A stretch of DNA of 64,000 nucleotides. Origin: Minisyncoccia bacterium (GTDB taxonomy: Bacteria > Patescibacteriota > Minisyncoccia > UBA6257 > 2-01-FULL-56-20). Position 1 is the stretch's first letter. Each line of letters starts with the position of its first letter. The notes beneath the pieces were generated by a model that made no database searches, was not told the origin of the DNA, and saw only the letters and a program-made list of their open reading frames with translations. Below are positions 38,015 through 47,395 of this stretch, piece by piece. Location of the stretch: assembly GCA_049997875.1 (NCBI GenBank), contig JBEKRC010000002.1, forward strand, positions 66,755-130,754, in the 5' to 3' direction. The position numbers and the translations under genes are program-made.

Positions 38015-39289
38015 TTACGGGCGCGCTTCCTTAGCTTCAATTTCCAACAAGCGGTTGTATTTCGCAATTCTCTCGCCGCGGGCGGGAGCACCAAGCTTCA
38101 GGCCGTCGGCACCCACGCCGTAGGCAAAATCGGCAATAAAGTCATCATCGGTTTCGCCGCTCCGGTGCGAGGCGATGACCGCCCAGTTGTATTTGCGAGC
38201 CATGCGCACGGCATCCAATGCTTCGCTTACCGTGCCGATCTGATTCGGCTTTATGATAACTGCGTTTATACTCCCCTCTGCGTGCGCCCGTTCCATGCGA
38301 TGGATGTTCGTTGTCGTAAGGTCGTCCCCTGCGATCCATACGGGTTCGCCATCATTCCCGCCGCTGCTTTTTTTGCCGTTCTTCTCACCGCTCGCGCCGT
38401 AGCGCATCGTGAGTGCCGCAAAGCTCAAGAAATCCCTGTCGGCGAACGGATCTTCAAGGTAAATAAAGTTGTTTTGGCGGAGCAGCTTCACATACATAGT
38501 TTCCAATTCTTTGTGTTTTAACTTTTTGATGTCGGTCGCGGCGGCATCTATGCCGAAATCAATCTGCTTCGCGAGCTTCAGTTTTTGGACGACGGTGCGG
38601 AGGATGTACAACGGCTCCTTGTCATCCCTGAAATCCGGCGCGTATCCCCCTTCGTCGCCGAGGTTCGTTGCGGTCTTGCCTTTTGCGCGCGCGAGCGCCT
38701 CGCCCAATGCACGATATACCTGTGTGCCGATCTCAACCGACTCGCGGATCGTCCGGCACTTCGGAATGATGAGGTATTCCTGGAAATGTAAATTATTCCC
38801 TGCGTGCAATCCCCCATTGATGACATTGATGAAAAGACGGGGACGTGCAAGGCCGCGGCTGACGGCAAGTTTGGATGGAAATGCAGCCGGGCCGAGGAGT
38901 CCGCGGACGTGTCCCCAAAGCGGAATTTTGTTTGCCGTTGCGGACGCTCGCGCGAACGCAATGGAGGTTGCAAGGATGGCGTTCGCACCCAAATTGGACT
39001 TCGTGCCCGTGCCATCCAGCCGGATCAGGAGGGCGTCAAGCGCGGCTTGTTCGTTCTGGCCGCGTCCGGCACGGATGTCGGCGCGTTTTAGCTTCGGCGC
39101 GACGATGCTGTTTATCTTCCGCACGGCCACGGGTGCCGGCAACGCCCGCGCTTCGGTCGCTCCCGTGCTCTTCCCTTGCGGCACCGAAGCGGTCGCACAC
39201 GCGCCGTTTCTGAGTTCAAGCGTTACTTCCACCGTCCATGCGCCGCGCGAATCAAGGATTGGCCTTGCTACAAGCGATCGTATCCGCAT
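38015..39289 (-). CDS. eno: Enolase
   Basis: ILDSRG, GANAIL, GDEGG, IKPNQIG, SHRSGET, ERIAKYNRL. Confidence 0.96.
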   Translation of the reverse strand: MRIRSLVARPILDSRGAWTVEVTLELRNGACATASVPQGKSTGATEARALPAPVAVRKINSIVAPKLKRADIRAGRGQNEQAALDALLIRLDGTGTKSNLGANAILATSIAFARASATANKIPLWGHVRGLLGPAAFPSKLAVSRGLARPRLFINVINGGLHAGNNLHFQEYLIIPKCRTIRESVEIGTQVYRALGEALARAKGKTATNLGDEGGYAPDFRDDKEPLYILRTVVQKLKLAKQIDFGIDAAATDIKKLKHKELETMYVKLLRQNNFIYLEDPFADRDFLSFAALTMRYGASGEKNGKKSSGGNDGEPVWIAGDDLTTTNIHRMERAHAEGSINAVIIKPNQIGTVSEALDAVRMARKYNWAVIASHRSGETDDDFIADFAYGVGADGLKLGAPARGERIAKYNRLLEIEAKEARP

Positions 39290-39327
39290 GGTTTTATTCT
39301 ATCACAAAAGTTTGATAAAATATCCCT
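39290..39327. promoter_or_regulatory. Back-to-back extended -10 promoters (eno / EamA)
   Basis: TGaTAGAAT (minus) and TGaTAAAAT (plus), each 6 nt from its ATG. Confidence 0.7.
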
Positions 39328-40281
39328 ATGGAGAAAAGAACGTTCTGGTATGCGACGTTTCTCGCGCTTTTGACGATGGTTGTCTCCGGCACGAACAATT
39401 TCCTTACGAAGATCGCCGTAACGGCCGTAAAGGATCCGGTTCTCTACACGACGCTCAAGAACAGCATCGTGGCAGTTTTTCTCTTCGGCCTTGTCGTTCT
39501 TTTCAAGAAATGGCCGGAGATACGGGGTGCTTCAAAAAAACAACTCCTCCAACTCACGGCCATTGGGATCGTGGGCGGTTCAGTACCGTTTGCGCTCTAT
39601 TTCAGCGGCCTTGCGCAGACGACTGCCGTCAACGCCTCGCTCATTCATGCAACGCTTCTCATATGGGTGTTCCTTTTTGCGATCCCCATGTTCAAAGAAC
39701 GCATGGGGTGCGTCCAGTGGCTCGGGGTCGGGGCAATCTTCGCCGCAAATCTTTTTGTCGGGGGCTTTACCGGATTCAAATACAATACCGGTGAGTTGAT
39801 GATCCTCATTGCAACGGTGTTGTGGGGAGCTGAAAATATCATCGCCAAAAGTGCCCTGCGCGGCTTTTCAAGCACGACCGTGGTAGCGGCAAGAATGGTC
39901 CTCGGCTCGTTCATTCTCCTTTTGATCTCGCTTCCCCGCGGCGGCGCGACCGTCGTCCTCACGCTCAACGCAGCGCAGTGGGGCTGGACGCTGCTCACGA
40001 GTGCGCTCCTTTTGGGCTATGTGCTTTCGTGGTACGCCGCGCTCAAATATGCCCCAGCGACTTACGTTGCGACGCTGCTCGTCCCTGCACCGCTCATCAC
40101 CAATGCCTTGTCCGCCGTGTTCGTCACGCACTCCTTGCAATGGACGGATGCCGCAAGTTCGCTCCTCTACGCCGTGGGGGTCGTTTTGGTAATTGTTTTT
40201 TCGGACAAGATCGCGAAAGAGATATTGCCGCGGAAAGCACTTGCTTCCCAAACCGCCTCTTTCAGCGGGAAAAAACCATGA
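39328..40281 (+). CDS. EamA/DMT family transporter
   Basis: About 10 TM helices, duplicated EamA pattern, FKER. Confidence 0.88.
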   Translation: MEKRTFWYATFLALLTMVVSGTNNFLTKIAVTAVKDPVLYTTLKNSIVAVFLFGLVVLFKKWPEIRGASKKQLLQLTAIGIVGGSVPFALYFSGLAQTTAVNASLIHATLLIWVFLFAIPMFKERMGCVQWLGVGAIFAANLFVGGFTGFKYNTGELMILIATVLWGAENIIAKSALRGFSSTTVVAARMVLGSFILLLISLPRGGATVVLTLNAAQWGWTLLTSALLLGYVLSWYAALKYAPATYVATLLVPAPLITNALSAVFVTHSLQWTDAASSLLYAVGVVLVIVFSDKIAKEILPRKALASQTASFSGKKP

Positions 40282-41009
40282 ACGGTATTCTACGTTGCAG
40301 CCGCTATGCGTTTGGGCCGAACCGTCTTCATTATTGCGGACCCGATGCGAATAGCGAGATCCGTTCCTATATTGACGAGGACGCAACCGACCCCGGACTT
40401 GAAAAGTTAATGAGCCAGTTCCAGACGATGTTCCCCTATCTCCGCCATATCGCGGAGGCGAACGGCATAAGAGATCCCTTTGACAATCGCGTGGTGGAGG
40501 CCTATTGGATCGGCAATGAACTTTTGGAAAATATCGGCCAGCGGAAATTCTACCGCCATCTTATTGAGGACCAAAAGATCAAAAAACGGATTGGCGCAAA
40601 ATCCTTCGCGTCGGTGGAGGCCAAGATCGGACAGGGAGCGGTGCCGCACCACTCGTTCCATGTTTTGGCCATTTGGCGGCGGACCGGCCATCTTGATCGC
40701 GAACATACGCTGGAAAGTATGGACGAGTGTCGCGTGAGCTGGGGTGCGGTGAAAAGCGTAAGCGGTTCTTCCATCATCGTACTTACCGAGCCGCTCCTTT
40801 ATGCGGAAGGGAAATTGTTTCTCGGTAAACCGATAGAGAAGAAGCTCGCGCGGCAGCTGGAAGCGGAGTACGACATTGAACAGATAAGACCGGGCGACAT
40901 CGTCTCTATCCATTGGGGCGTCCCCTGTGAAGTCATCACTGCGCATCAGGCGGCGATGCTCAGCAAATACACACTGCGCGACATTGCCCTGGCAAACCAG
41001 ACGATCTAG
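40278..41009 (+). CDS. DUF6390-like hydrogenase-associated protein
   Basis: RYAFGPNRLHYCGP, VVEAYWIGN, PHHSFHV, CRVSWG, GDIVSIHWG; ATG overlaps the EamA stop. Confidence 0.8.
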   Translation: MNGILRCSRYAFGPNRLHYCGPDANSEIRSYIDEDATDPGLEKLMSQFQTMFPYLRHIAEANGIRDPFDNRVVEAYWIGNELLENIGQRKFYRHLIEDQKIKKRIGAKSFASVEAKIGQGAVPHHSFHVLAIWRRTGHLDREHTLESMDECRVSWGAVKSVSGSSIIVLTEPLLYAEGKLFLGKPIEKKLARQLEAEYDIEQIRPGDIVSIHWGVPCEVITAHQAAMLSKYTLRDIALANQTI

Positions 41010-41387
41010 ATGCCTCTCGCCTCCGCGGTCGTCTACGTTTTTGGCAATCCTGACCTCCCGGCAGACTCCCTGCCGCTCCGCATCCTTCCGGAACTCCGTA
41101 GGCGGTTTCCGGAAGCACGGTTTGAGGTGAAAGACCCGAACGAAGAATGGGACATGCCGGAGTATCTTGTTGTCATTGATACCGTGGAAGGCGTTGCGGG
41201 GGTCACCGTTTTTGACGATCTCGCGAAGTTCGCCGCCGCGCCGCGCGTGACGACCCATGATTTTGACGCGCTTGCGAATCTCCGCTATCTTCAAAAACTC
41301 GGCAAGCTCAAGAAAATAAAAATCATCGGGATACCGCCGACGATCACCGAAATGCAAGCGCTCCAAGCCGTGAGTGCTCTCCTTTAG
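41010..41387 (+). CDS. Hydrogenase maturation protease-like protein
   Basis: VFGNPDLPADS, VIDTV, TTHDF, IIGIP (HybD/HycI-like). Confidence 0.75.
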   Translation: MPLASAVVYVFGNPDLPADSLPLRILPELRRRFPEARFEVKDPNEEWDMPEYLVVIDTVEGVAGVTVFDDLAKFAAAPRVTTHDFDALANLRYLQKLGKLKKIKIIGIPPTITEMQALQAVSALL

Positions 41388-41421
41388 AGGGCTGGTCCGC
41401 CGGAGGCGGCGTTACGTTCCC

Positions 41422-42717
41422 CTACGCGCTATCCCAATCCACCTTCAAAAAGTGCGCCGCGCAGCTCATGCATGGGTCGTAGGCGCGGATAAGTTTTTCT
41501 ATTTCAAGCTCAATTTTCTCTTTCGGCGTGTCGGGCAGAAGTCCCTGCACGAGCGTCGCGATATCGCGTTCAATATTTACCTGGTTCTGTCCCGTGGGCA
41601 CAACCACCTCGCCCTCCTTCACCAATCCGTCAGCGCCCACGGATATCTTATGATACAGCGTGCCCCGCGGCGCTTCCACGACGCCTACGCCCGTTGCTTC
41701 GCGGTTCGGCGCCTTTACGACGGGCTCCGGAACGAATTTGCTGGTGCGCAAAATATCCATTGATTCGTCAATAGAGTGCAGGATCTCCACCGCCTGCGCG
41801 AGGTTGTTGTAGAAGATGTCCGTGGACGGGAAAAGCGTGAGAAGTTCGCCAAGCGATTCCCTTGTCTTCGGATGCAATTTATCCTTCGCGAGGTTAAGCC
41901 GCGCCAAGGCGCCCACCATGTAGCCCTCGTTGCCATAGACGTAGGCAGACGCTTGCGAATACGGGAGAACGACGTGCTCAAGGTGCGTGCGAAACTCCGC
42001 TTTTTGATAATGTTCTCCCCTGCTCGTCATGATCGTCCCGTTCAGGTAGCCATAGTTGCCGTTGGGCACAAGCGCCATGAACTGCGTTTTCCGGTCAAAA
42101 TGGAACGGTGCATTCCTGAAAATATCTATGAGCCGGAGCGCTGCGGGGCGGACGGATTCCAATTTTTTGATCGCCTCCGCGATCCCCTGCGCGTCCGGAA
42201 ATTTGAGAAACCCGCCGATCGTAGGATACATCGCATGGACGCTTCTCCCGGCCACGAGCGTCGCCAAAAAGTTGCCGGCGGCCTTCATGTCAAAGCCGTC
42301 GTGCAATAATTGATGCTCCGCCTCCACGTTTTCGTCAAAATCCAAAAATGCGTCTTTTCCATAAATGTCCGGCAACGAGAAAAGATACAGATGGAGGGCG
42401 TGGTCGCGGATCATGAGGCCGTGCATCGTGAGCGCGCGGAGCGCCTTCGTTTGCGCCGTGGGTTCAATGCCCAACGCATCCTCGCATGCCTCAATGCTGC
42501 ACATGAGGTGCGCATTGGAGCAGGTGCCGCAGATCCTCGCCAGATGCTGCGGGATGGCCACGATTGCCTTCCCTTTCATCGCCTCGGTGAAGAAGCGCTT
42601 GTATTCCAGCGTTTTGAATTTCACGTCGGTCACCTTCCCCTCTTCCACGTGCAACGAAAGCCCGGCGTTGCCTTCTATCTTCGTGATGCCGTCCATCGTA
42701 AGGTCAAAAGTATGCAT
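41422..42717 (-). CDS. NiFe hydrogenase large subunit, group 3b-like
   Basis: TKIEG, RICGTCSNAH (L1), EAPRGTLYH, DPCMSCAAH (L2) plus short C-terminal extension. Confidence 0.94.
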   Translation of the reverse strand: MHTFDLTMDGITKIEGNAGLSLHVEEGKVTDVKFKTLEYKRFFTEAMKGKAIVAIPQHLARICGTCSNAHLMCSIEACEDALGIEPTAQTKALRALTMHGLMIRDHALHLYLFSLPDIYGKDAFLDFDENVEAEHQLLHDGFDMKAAGNFLATLVAGRSVHAMYPTIGGFLKFPDAQGIAEAIKKLESVRPAALRLIDIFRNAPFHFDRKTQFMALVPNGNYGYLNGTIMTSRGEHYQKAEFRTHLEHVVLPYSQASAYVYGNEGYMVGALARLNLAKDKLHPKTRESLGELLTLFPSTDIFYNNLAQAVEILHSIDESMDILRTSKFVPEPVVKAPNREATGVGVVEAPRGTLYHKISVGADGLVKEGEVVVPTGQNQVNIERDIATLVQGLLPDTPKEKIELEIEKLIRAYDPCMSCAAHFLKVDWDSA

Positions 42718-42729
42718 GGGATTATGAGA

Positions 42730-43215
42730 TCATTTTACGCCCAGTTCGGCTGCGACACTACCCAGTACTTTAAGGAAGTTTGCCGGATCCATCGGGCAGC
42801 CGGGCACCTCGGCATCAACCGTGACCACGTCGGCAACCTTGAGCACTTTGGGCAGCGCCCCGAACCGCGCAACCAAGAATTCAATCGCCTCCTTTTGCGC
42901 ATCGGTGAAAGCGTTGCGCTGACCCGCAGGCAGGCCTATGACGGCGCAGGCGCCCACCGCGACGAGCTTCTTTGAACGGCTGCGGATGTCCTTCAGTTTT
43001 TCTTCCTGCTCCGGCGAGGCGATCGCGCCCTCAATGAAAGAGATGTCAAACTCGTCCATGGAGTTTTTGGATTGCAGGACGCGCGCGTGCCGAAAATCAA
43101 ATTTCTTCTTCCAGTCGGCCCAGTGGTCGTTCATGATCTCCGTCATCACAATCGTATTGTCCTCGCAGCAGGAGAAAGAGAACCAGCCGATTTTCAACTT
43201 TTCCCCGTCCGTCAT
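42730..43215 (-). CDS. NiFe hydrogenase small (delta-like) subunit, short form
   Basis: SCCED, EGA, GACA, PGCP; only 161 aa. Confidence 0.9.
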   Translation of the reverse strand: MTDGEKLKIGWFSFSCCEDNTIVMTEIMNDHWADWKKKFDFRHARVLQSKNSMDEFDISFIEGAIASPEQEEKLKDIRSRSKKLVAVGACAVIGLPAGQRNAFTDAQKEAIEFLVARFGALPKVLKVADVVTVDAEVPGCPMDPANFLKVLGSVAAELGVK

Positions 43216-43251
43216 GCCTTCATTGTATCATGAACGTGTTATAATTTTCGT
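43216..43251. promoter_or_regulatory. Back-to-back extended -10 promoters (hydrogenase / OFOR)
   Basis: TGaTACAAT (minus) and TGtTATAAT (plus), each 6 nt from its ATG. Confidence 0.72.
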
Positions 43252-44973
43252 ATGTCAGCACCTTCTCATGAGGACGTTTTCTCGGTTGGCATTGGCGGCG
43301 CGGCGGGCGAGGGAGTACGGGAGGCAGGGGCAAGCTTGGCGCAGCTTCTTACCGACCTTGGCTTTGAGGTTTTCGTCGGTTTTGATTATCCGTCGCTCAT
43401 CCGCGGCGGGCACAATTTCAGCCGCGTGAGCTTCTCCGGTGAAAAGGTACACTGCGATCATTCGCCGCTCACCATACTTATTGCGCTTGATGAGGAAACC
43501 TTGCGGATCCACAAAGACGAACTGAACAAAGACGCCGTCATTCTTGCCGACACGTTTGAAAAGGAATACGCGGAGCGCTTCGGCGCGAACGCCGTCACGT
43601 TGCCCATGAAGGAATTTGCCCAAAAGCTCGGCGCGCCGCCAATCACCCGCACCTCCGTCGCGCTTGGGGCCGCTTGCTATCTCCTCGGTGTCGCGCCGGA
43701 TGTCATGGCCGCGATCTTGAAAAAGATTTTTCAGGGAAGAAGTTTGGATGCCAATCTGGAACTTGCCACGGCCGGATACGAACACCTTGCGAAGCTTGGC
43801 TTCCGGCAGCAGGAAAGATTGGCGCCGCATGGCGCCGCAGGCGCAACGGAACTTCTTGACGGAAACACGGCGCTCGGCAGGGGCTTTGTGGCGGCGGGAA
43901 TGGATATTTATTTCAGCTACCCAATGACGCCTTCATCCAGCATTCTCCACTTTCTCGCCAAGCAGCAGAAGGAATACAAGATAAAAGTGATCCAGCCGGA
44001 GAACGAGCTTGCGGTGGTGCACATGGCGCTCGGTGCCGCGTATGCCGGCAAGCGCGCCGCCGTGGGCACCGCGACCGGCGGCTTCGCGCTGATGCAGGAG
44101 GCGTTCAGCTTGGCGGGCATGGCCGAACTGCCGATCGCTTTTGTCGTTTCACAACGCTACGCTCCCGCAACCGGCGGCCCCACGTACACGAGCCAGGGCG
44201 ATCTCACGTTCATACTTCACTCGGGTCATGGCGAGTTTCCACGGATCGTGCTCGCGCCCGGCGATCCGCAAGAAGCCTTCGCCTGCGGCGCGGATGCGCT
44301 CAACCTCGCATGGAAATATCAAGTGCCGACTATCGTCGTTCTTGACCGTGAGCTTTCGGAAAGCTTGGAGACCGTTCCCGCGCTTGATCCCCAATCAATC
44401 AAAATTGAACGGGGCAAAATTCTGGAAAAGCCGTCGGAGAATTACGGCCGATATCAAATCACCGATGACGGCGTTTCACCGATGGTCTTCCCTGGCGCAC
44501 CGGGTGCGGTCGTAAAAGCGAGCAGTTATGAACATGGCGAGGGGGGCATGACAACCGAGGAGGCCGGAGCGATCAAAAAGATGAATGACAAGCGCTTTGC
44601 GAAGGCGCAAGGAATCGCGAACGAATTGAAAAGCCATGAGGCCGCCAAAGTGTACGGCGACAAGGATAGCTCCAATGTGATCGTGTTCTGGGGCTCCACG
44701 AAGGGTGCTGTGCTTGAGGCGGCGAAATATCTTACAGAGCCGGCGAAGCTTTTGCAGATCGTTTGGATGGACCCATTTGACGCCGAGAAGGTCGCGGTGG
44801 AACTCGCCGGCGCAAAAACGATCGTTGACGTAGAAGCCAATCGCACGGCGCAGCTCGCCTCGCTTATCCGCGAAAAGACCGGCCTCACGATAGACAAAAA
44901 GATTTTGCGGTATGACGCGCGGCCATTTGATCCGCTGGAATTGACAGAAAAAATAAACGCACTACTCACATAA
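43252..44973 (+). CDS. 2-oxoacid:ferredoxin oxidoreductase alpha subunit (gamma-alpha fusion)
   Basis: GGAAGEG, IRGGHN, YPMTPSS, ENE, HGEFPRIV. Confidence 0.94.
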   Translation: MSAPSHEDVFSVGIGGAAGEGVREAGASLAQLLTDLGFEVFVGFDYPSLIRGGHNFSRVSFSGEKVHCDHSPLTILIALDEETLRIHKDELNKDAVILADTFEKEYAERFGANAVTLPMKEFAQKLGAPPITRTSVALGAACYLLGVAPDVMAAILKKIFQGRSLDANLELATAGYEHLAKLGFRQQERLAPHGAAGATELLDGNTALGRGFVAAGMDIYFSYPMTPSSSILHFLAKQQKEYKIKVIQPENELAVVHMALGAAYAGKRAAVGTATGGFALMQEAFSLAGMAELPIAFVVSQRYAPATGGPTYTSQGDLTFILHSGHGEFPRIVLAPGDPQEAFACGADALNLAWKYQVPTIVVLDRELSESLETVPALDPQSIKIERGKILEKPSENYGRYQITDDGVSPMVFPGAPGAVVKASSYEHGEGGMTTEEAGAIKKMNDKRFAKAQGIANELKSHEAAKVYGDKDSSNVIVFWGSTKGAVLEAAKYLTEPAKLLQIVWMDPFDAEKVAVELAGAKTIVDVEANRTAQLASLIREKTGLTIDKKILRYDARPFDPLELTEKINALLT

Positions 44974-45761
44974 TGGAATTTGCCACAAAAGCAAAAATCA
45001 CTTGGTGCCCGGGATGCCCGAACGCGGCGATCCTCGTCGCCTTCCGGCAGGCGGTGACCGAACTCGTAAACGATGGCAAACTGAAGCCGGAGAATCTGGT
45101 CGCGGCCTCAGGGATCGGCTGCCATGGCAAGATCACCGACTATCTAAATACGAACACGTTCACGTCGCTTCACGGCCGTGTGATCGCGAGCATGGAAGGA
45201 ATAAAGGTTGCGAACCCCGCGCTCACGATCGTGGGGTTCAGCGGTGACGGCGATTCGTATTCGGAGGGCGTGGAGCATCTTGTGCATGCGGCACGCAGGA
45301 ACTCCGACATCAACCTTTTCATTCACGACAATCAGGTGTTTGCTTTGACGACCGGCCAGGCGACGCCCACGACGCCCGTCGGCTTCAAGGGGAAATCCAC
45401 GCCCTACGGCAGCATTGAATTGCCATTCAATCCTCTCCTCTTCATGCTTGCCTCGGGCGCCACGTTCGTCGCGCGCTCATATGCACTGGATATCCCGAAG
45501 ACCAAAGAGATCATGAAGGCCGCGATCGCGCACAAAGGGTTTTCCTTCGTAGATATCATTCAGCCGTGCATTACGTTCTATGACACGCGCGACTACTACA
45601 AGGAGCGCCTGTATTGGATTGATGAGAATGCGCCGAAGAATAATCTCTCTGACGCGATGGAGGCAGTGCGGGTCGCAGGCGGCAGGAGCAGTGGCGCGGG
45701 CAGCGACAAGGTTCCGCTTGGCATTTTCTACCGCGTGGAGCAGCCGACATTTGAGGAATAA
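44973..45761 (+). CDS. 2-oxoacid:ferredoxin oxidoreductase beta subunit
   Basis: WCPGC, GIGC, LHGR, GDGD TPP motif, LTTGQ, QPC. Confidence 0.94.
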   Translation: MEFATKAKITWCPGCPNAAILVAFRQAVTELVNDGKLKPENLVAASGIGCHGKITDYLNTNTFTSLHGRVIASMEGIKVANPALTIVGFSGDGDSYSEGVEHLVHAARRNSDINLFIHDNQVFALTTGQATPTTPVGFKGKSTPYGSIELPFNPLLFMLASGATFVARSYALDIPKTKEIMKAAIAHKGFSFVDIIQPCITFYDTRDYYKERLYWIDENAPKNNLSDAMEAVRVAGGRSSGAGSDKVPLGIFYRVEQPTFEE

Positions 45762-45864
45762 TTAAAATAGCCGGGCCGGTTTTATCCGGCGCAAGCAGAT
45801 AACGAAAAAGCCCAACCTTGATGTAATGTAGTGGTTGGGCTGTCCCAGAGGGGATCGAATTATA

Positions 45865-47043
45865 TTATTCTTTCTGAATCTTTCTTTGCAGATCTCGGAT
45901 TTTCTTGTCTATCTCGTCCTCGATCTGCTTGTTTTCTTGCACCGTCTCTTGGCGCAGCTGCTGGAGTTGCTGCAACTGCTGCTCGTCGGTTAATTGCGCA
46001 GAAGGGGCTGGCGCGTTCCCCGCCGCGTTTCCGCTTTGTTGTGTTGGTTGAGCGGTGGTGGGACCCGCCGGAGTTTTTTGGGTGGGGTGCGGTGGTTGCG
46101 GGATACTTATAACCGTGACTTGGCACGGCCTCACCTCCACGGTTTTTGTGAAGGATTGATTGTTAGCTAGTCGCACCTCAACGGTGTGGTCGCCAGCTTC
46201 CAACTCCAGGACCTTCCGGCCTTCGTAGTTCTTGACAATCCCAGCGTATTTTGAGTCCACTGTCACCTCGGTTTCGCGGATGACCTTTTTGTCAGTGCCA
46301 TCCGTGATTGCGTCGGCGTCAAACTTGATACCGGTTTTCCCACAGCGGGCACGGCCAACGGCGATCCCATCATCATAGTATGGATACGGGACGTACGCGG
46401 TTGTCCAGTTGTTGAACCACGGACGCCAGTACCTACCATAGTACCAAGGACCCCAATAAGCCGGGTCCCAGTACCACGGCGGTAGGAAACCAAGGCCGAA
46501 AAGAGTGAAACATGTCAACCCCCAGCCTCGATATCCCCATCCCCAACCGTGGCCCCAGCCATATCCGCCACCGAAACCTTGTCGGCCAAACCCAAACGAT
46601 CGGTTACCATTACCAAAGTACTTCCAACCGTTTTGGGCAAGCGCTCGGTTTCCGCCAGCCCTGGCCTGGTTGCCTCTCGGTGCAGACCATCCATTGCGCG
46701 TAGTTGGCGATGTCCGGTTGCTGGATCCGGTCCAGCCGCCACCGGTCCTGCCGCGAGGCGTTGAATAAGCCGGAGGTCGTTGCCAGCCGCCATAATCGTA
46801 GCGGTTCGGGCCGCCGAAATTACGAGGCGGTGCCGGTGTGCTGTAGCCGCGGCCAAAACTGCCACCGCTGTATCCGCCGCGCGGTGTTCCAACCGAGGAG
46901 CCGCCGCTGCGGAAACCACCACCGCCTCCGCCATGGAAGCCGCCACCGCCCGAATGTCCTCCACCACTGCCCTGCTGCGCCAGCACTGATGCGGGCGCGA
47001 ACGCGAAGGCAAAAACAAAAAGCATCTGGAAAATCCGTTTCAT
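45865..47043 (-). CDS. Secreted Gly/Arg-rich protein with PEGA-like domain and coiled-coil tail
   Basis: Signal peptide, GGGGFR low-complexity region, W/Y-rich tract, EVTVDSKYAG..LEAGDHTVEV. Confidence 0.78.
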   Translation of the reverse strand: MKRIFQMLFVFAFAFAPASVLAQQGSGGGHSGGGGFHGGGGGGFRSGGSSVGTPRGGYSGGSFGRGYSTPAPPRNFGGPNRYDYGGWQRPPAYSTPRGRTGGGWTGSSNRTSPTTRNGWSAPRGNQARAGGNRALAQNGWKYFGNGNRSFGFGRQGFGGGYGWGHGWGWGYRGWGLTCFTLFGLGFLPPWYWDPAYWGPWYYGRYWRPWFNNWTTAYVPYPYYDDGIAVGRARCGKTGIKFDADAITDGTDKKVIRETEVTVDSKYAGIVKNYEGRKVLELEAGDHTVEVRLANNQSFTKTVEVRPCQVTVISIPQPPHPTQKTPAGPTTAQPTQQSGNAAGNAPAPSAQLTDEQQLQQLQQLRQETVQENKQIEDEIDKKIRDLQRKIQKE

Positions 47044-47126
47044 TTTCTCCTCCTCAATGCTGCAGATTTCGACTCGTGGGTATGAAACCGCGACAAGTCG
47101 ATAGTATTGCTAAGTACTCTAGCTTA

Positions 47127-47155
47127 ATTATACATCTGTCTTTCATGAATGTCAA
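47127..47155 (-). promoter_or_regulatory. Consensus sigma70 promoter
   Basis: TTGACA-17 nt-TATAAT. Confidence 0.8.
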
Positions 47156-47395
47156 ACATTTCGTAGTTTTGCAATTAAAATAGCCAGCTGCAATCGTAAT
47201 GCGATGCGCTGGCTGGTTTGGGTTGGGAAGGAATGGCAGAAGGAGATAGTCAAGCGAAATCGAAGGCTGCAAGCCACCCTCCCCGAAGCCACCACCTCCT
47301 CTCTGTTTGTAGAGTGTGAAGCAGCGACTTACCGTTTTATCCTACACACGCACAGAAATCCGTCAAGTTTGTTATTATGAACATAAGAACCGTAC

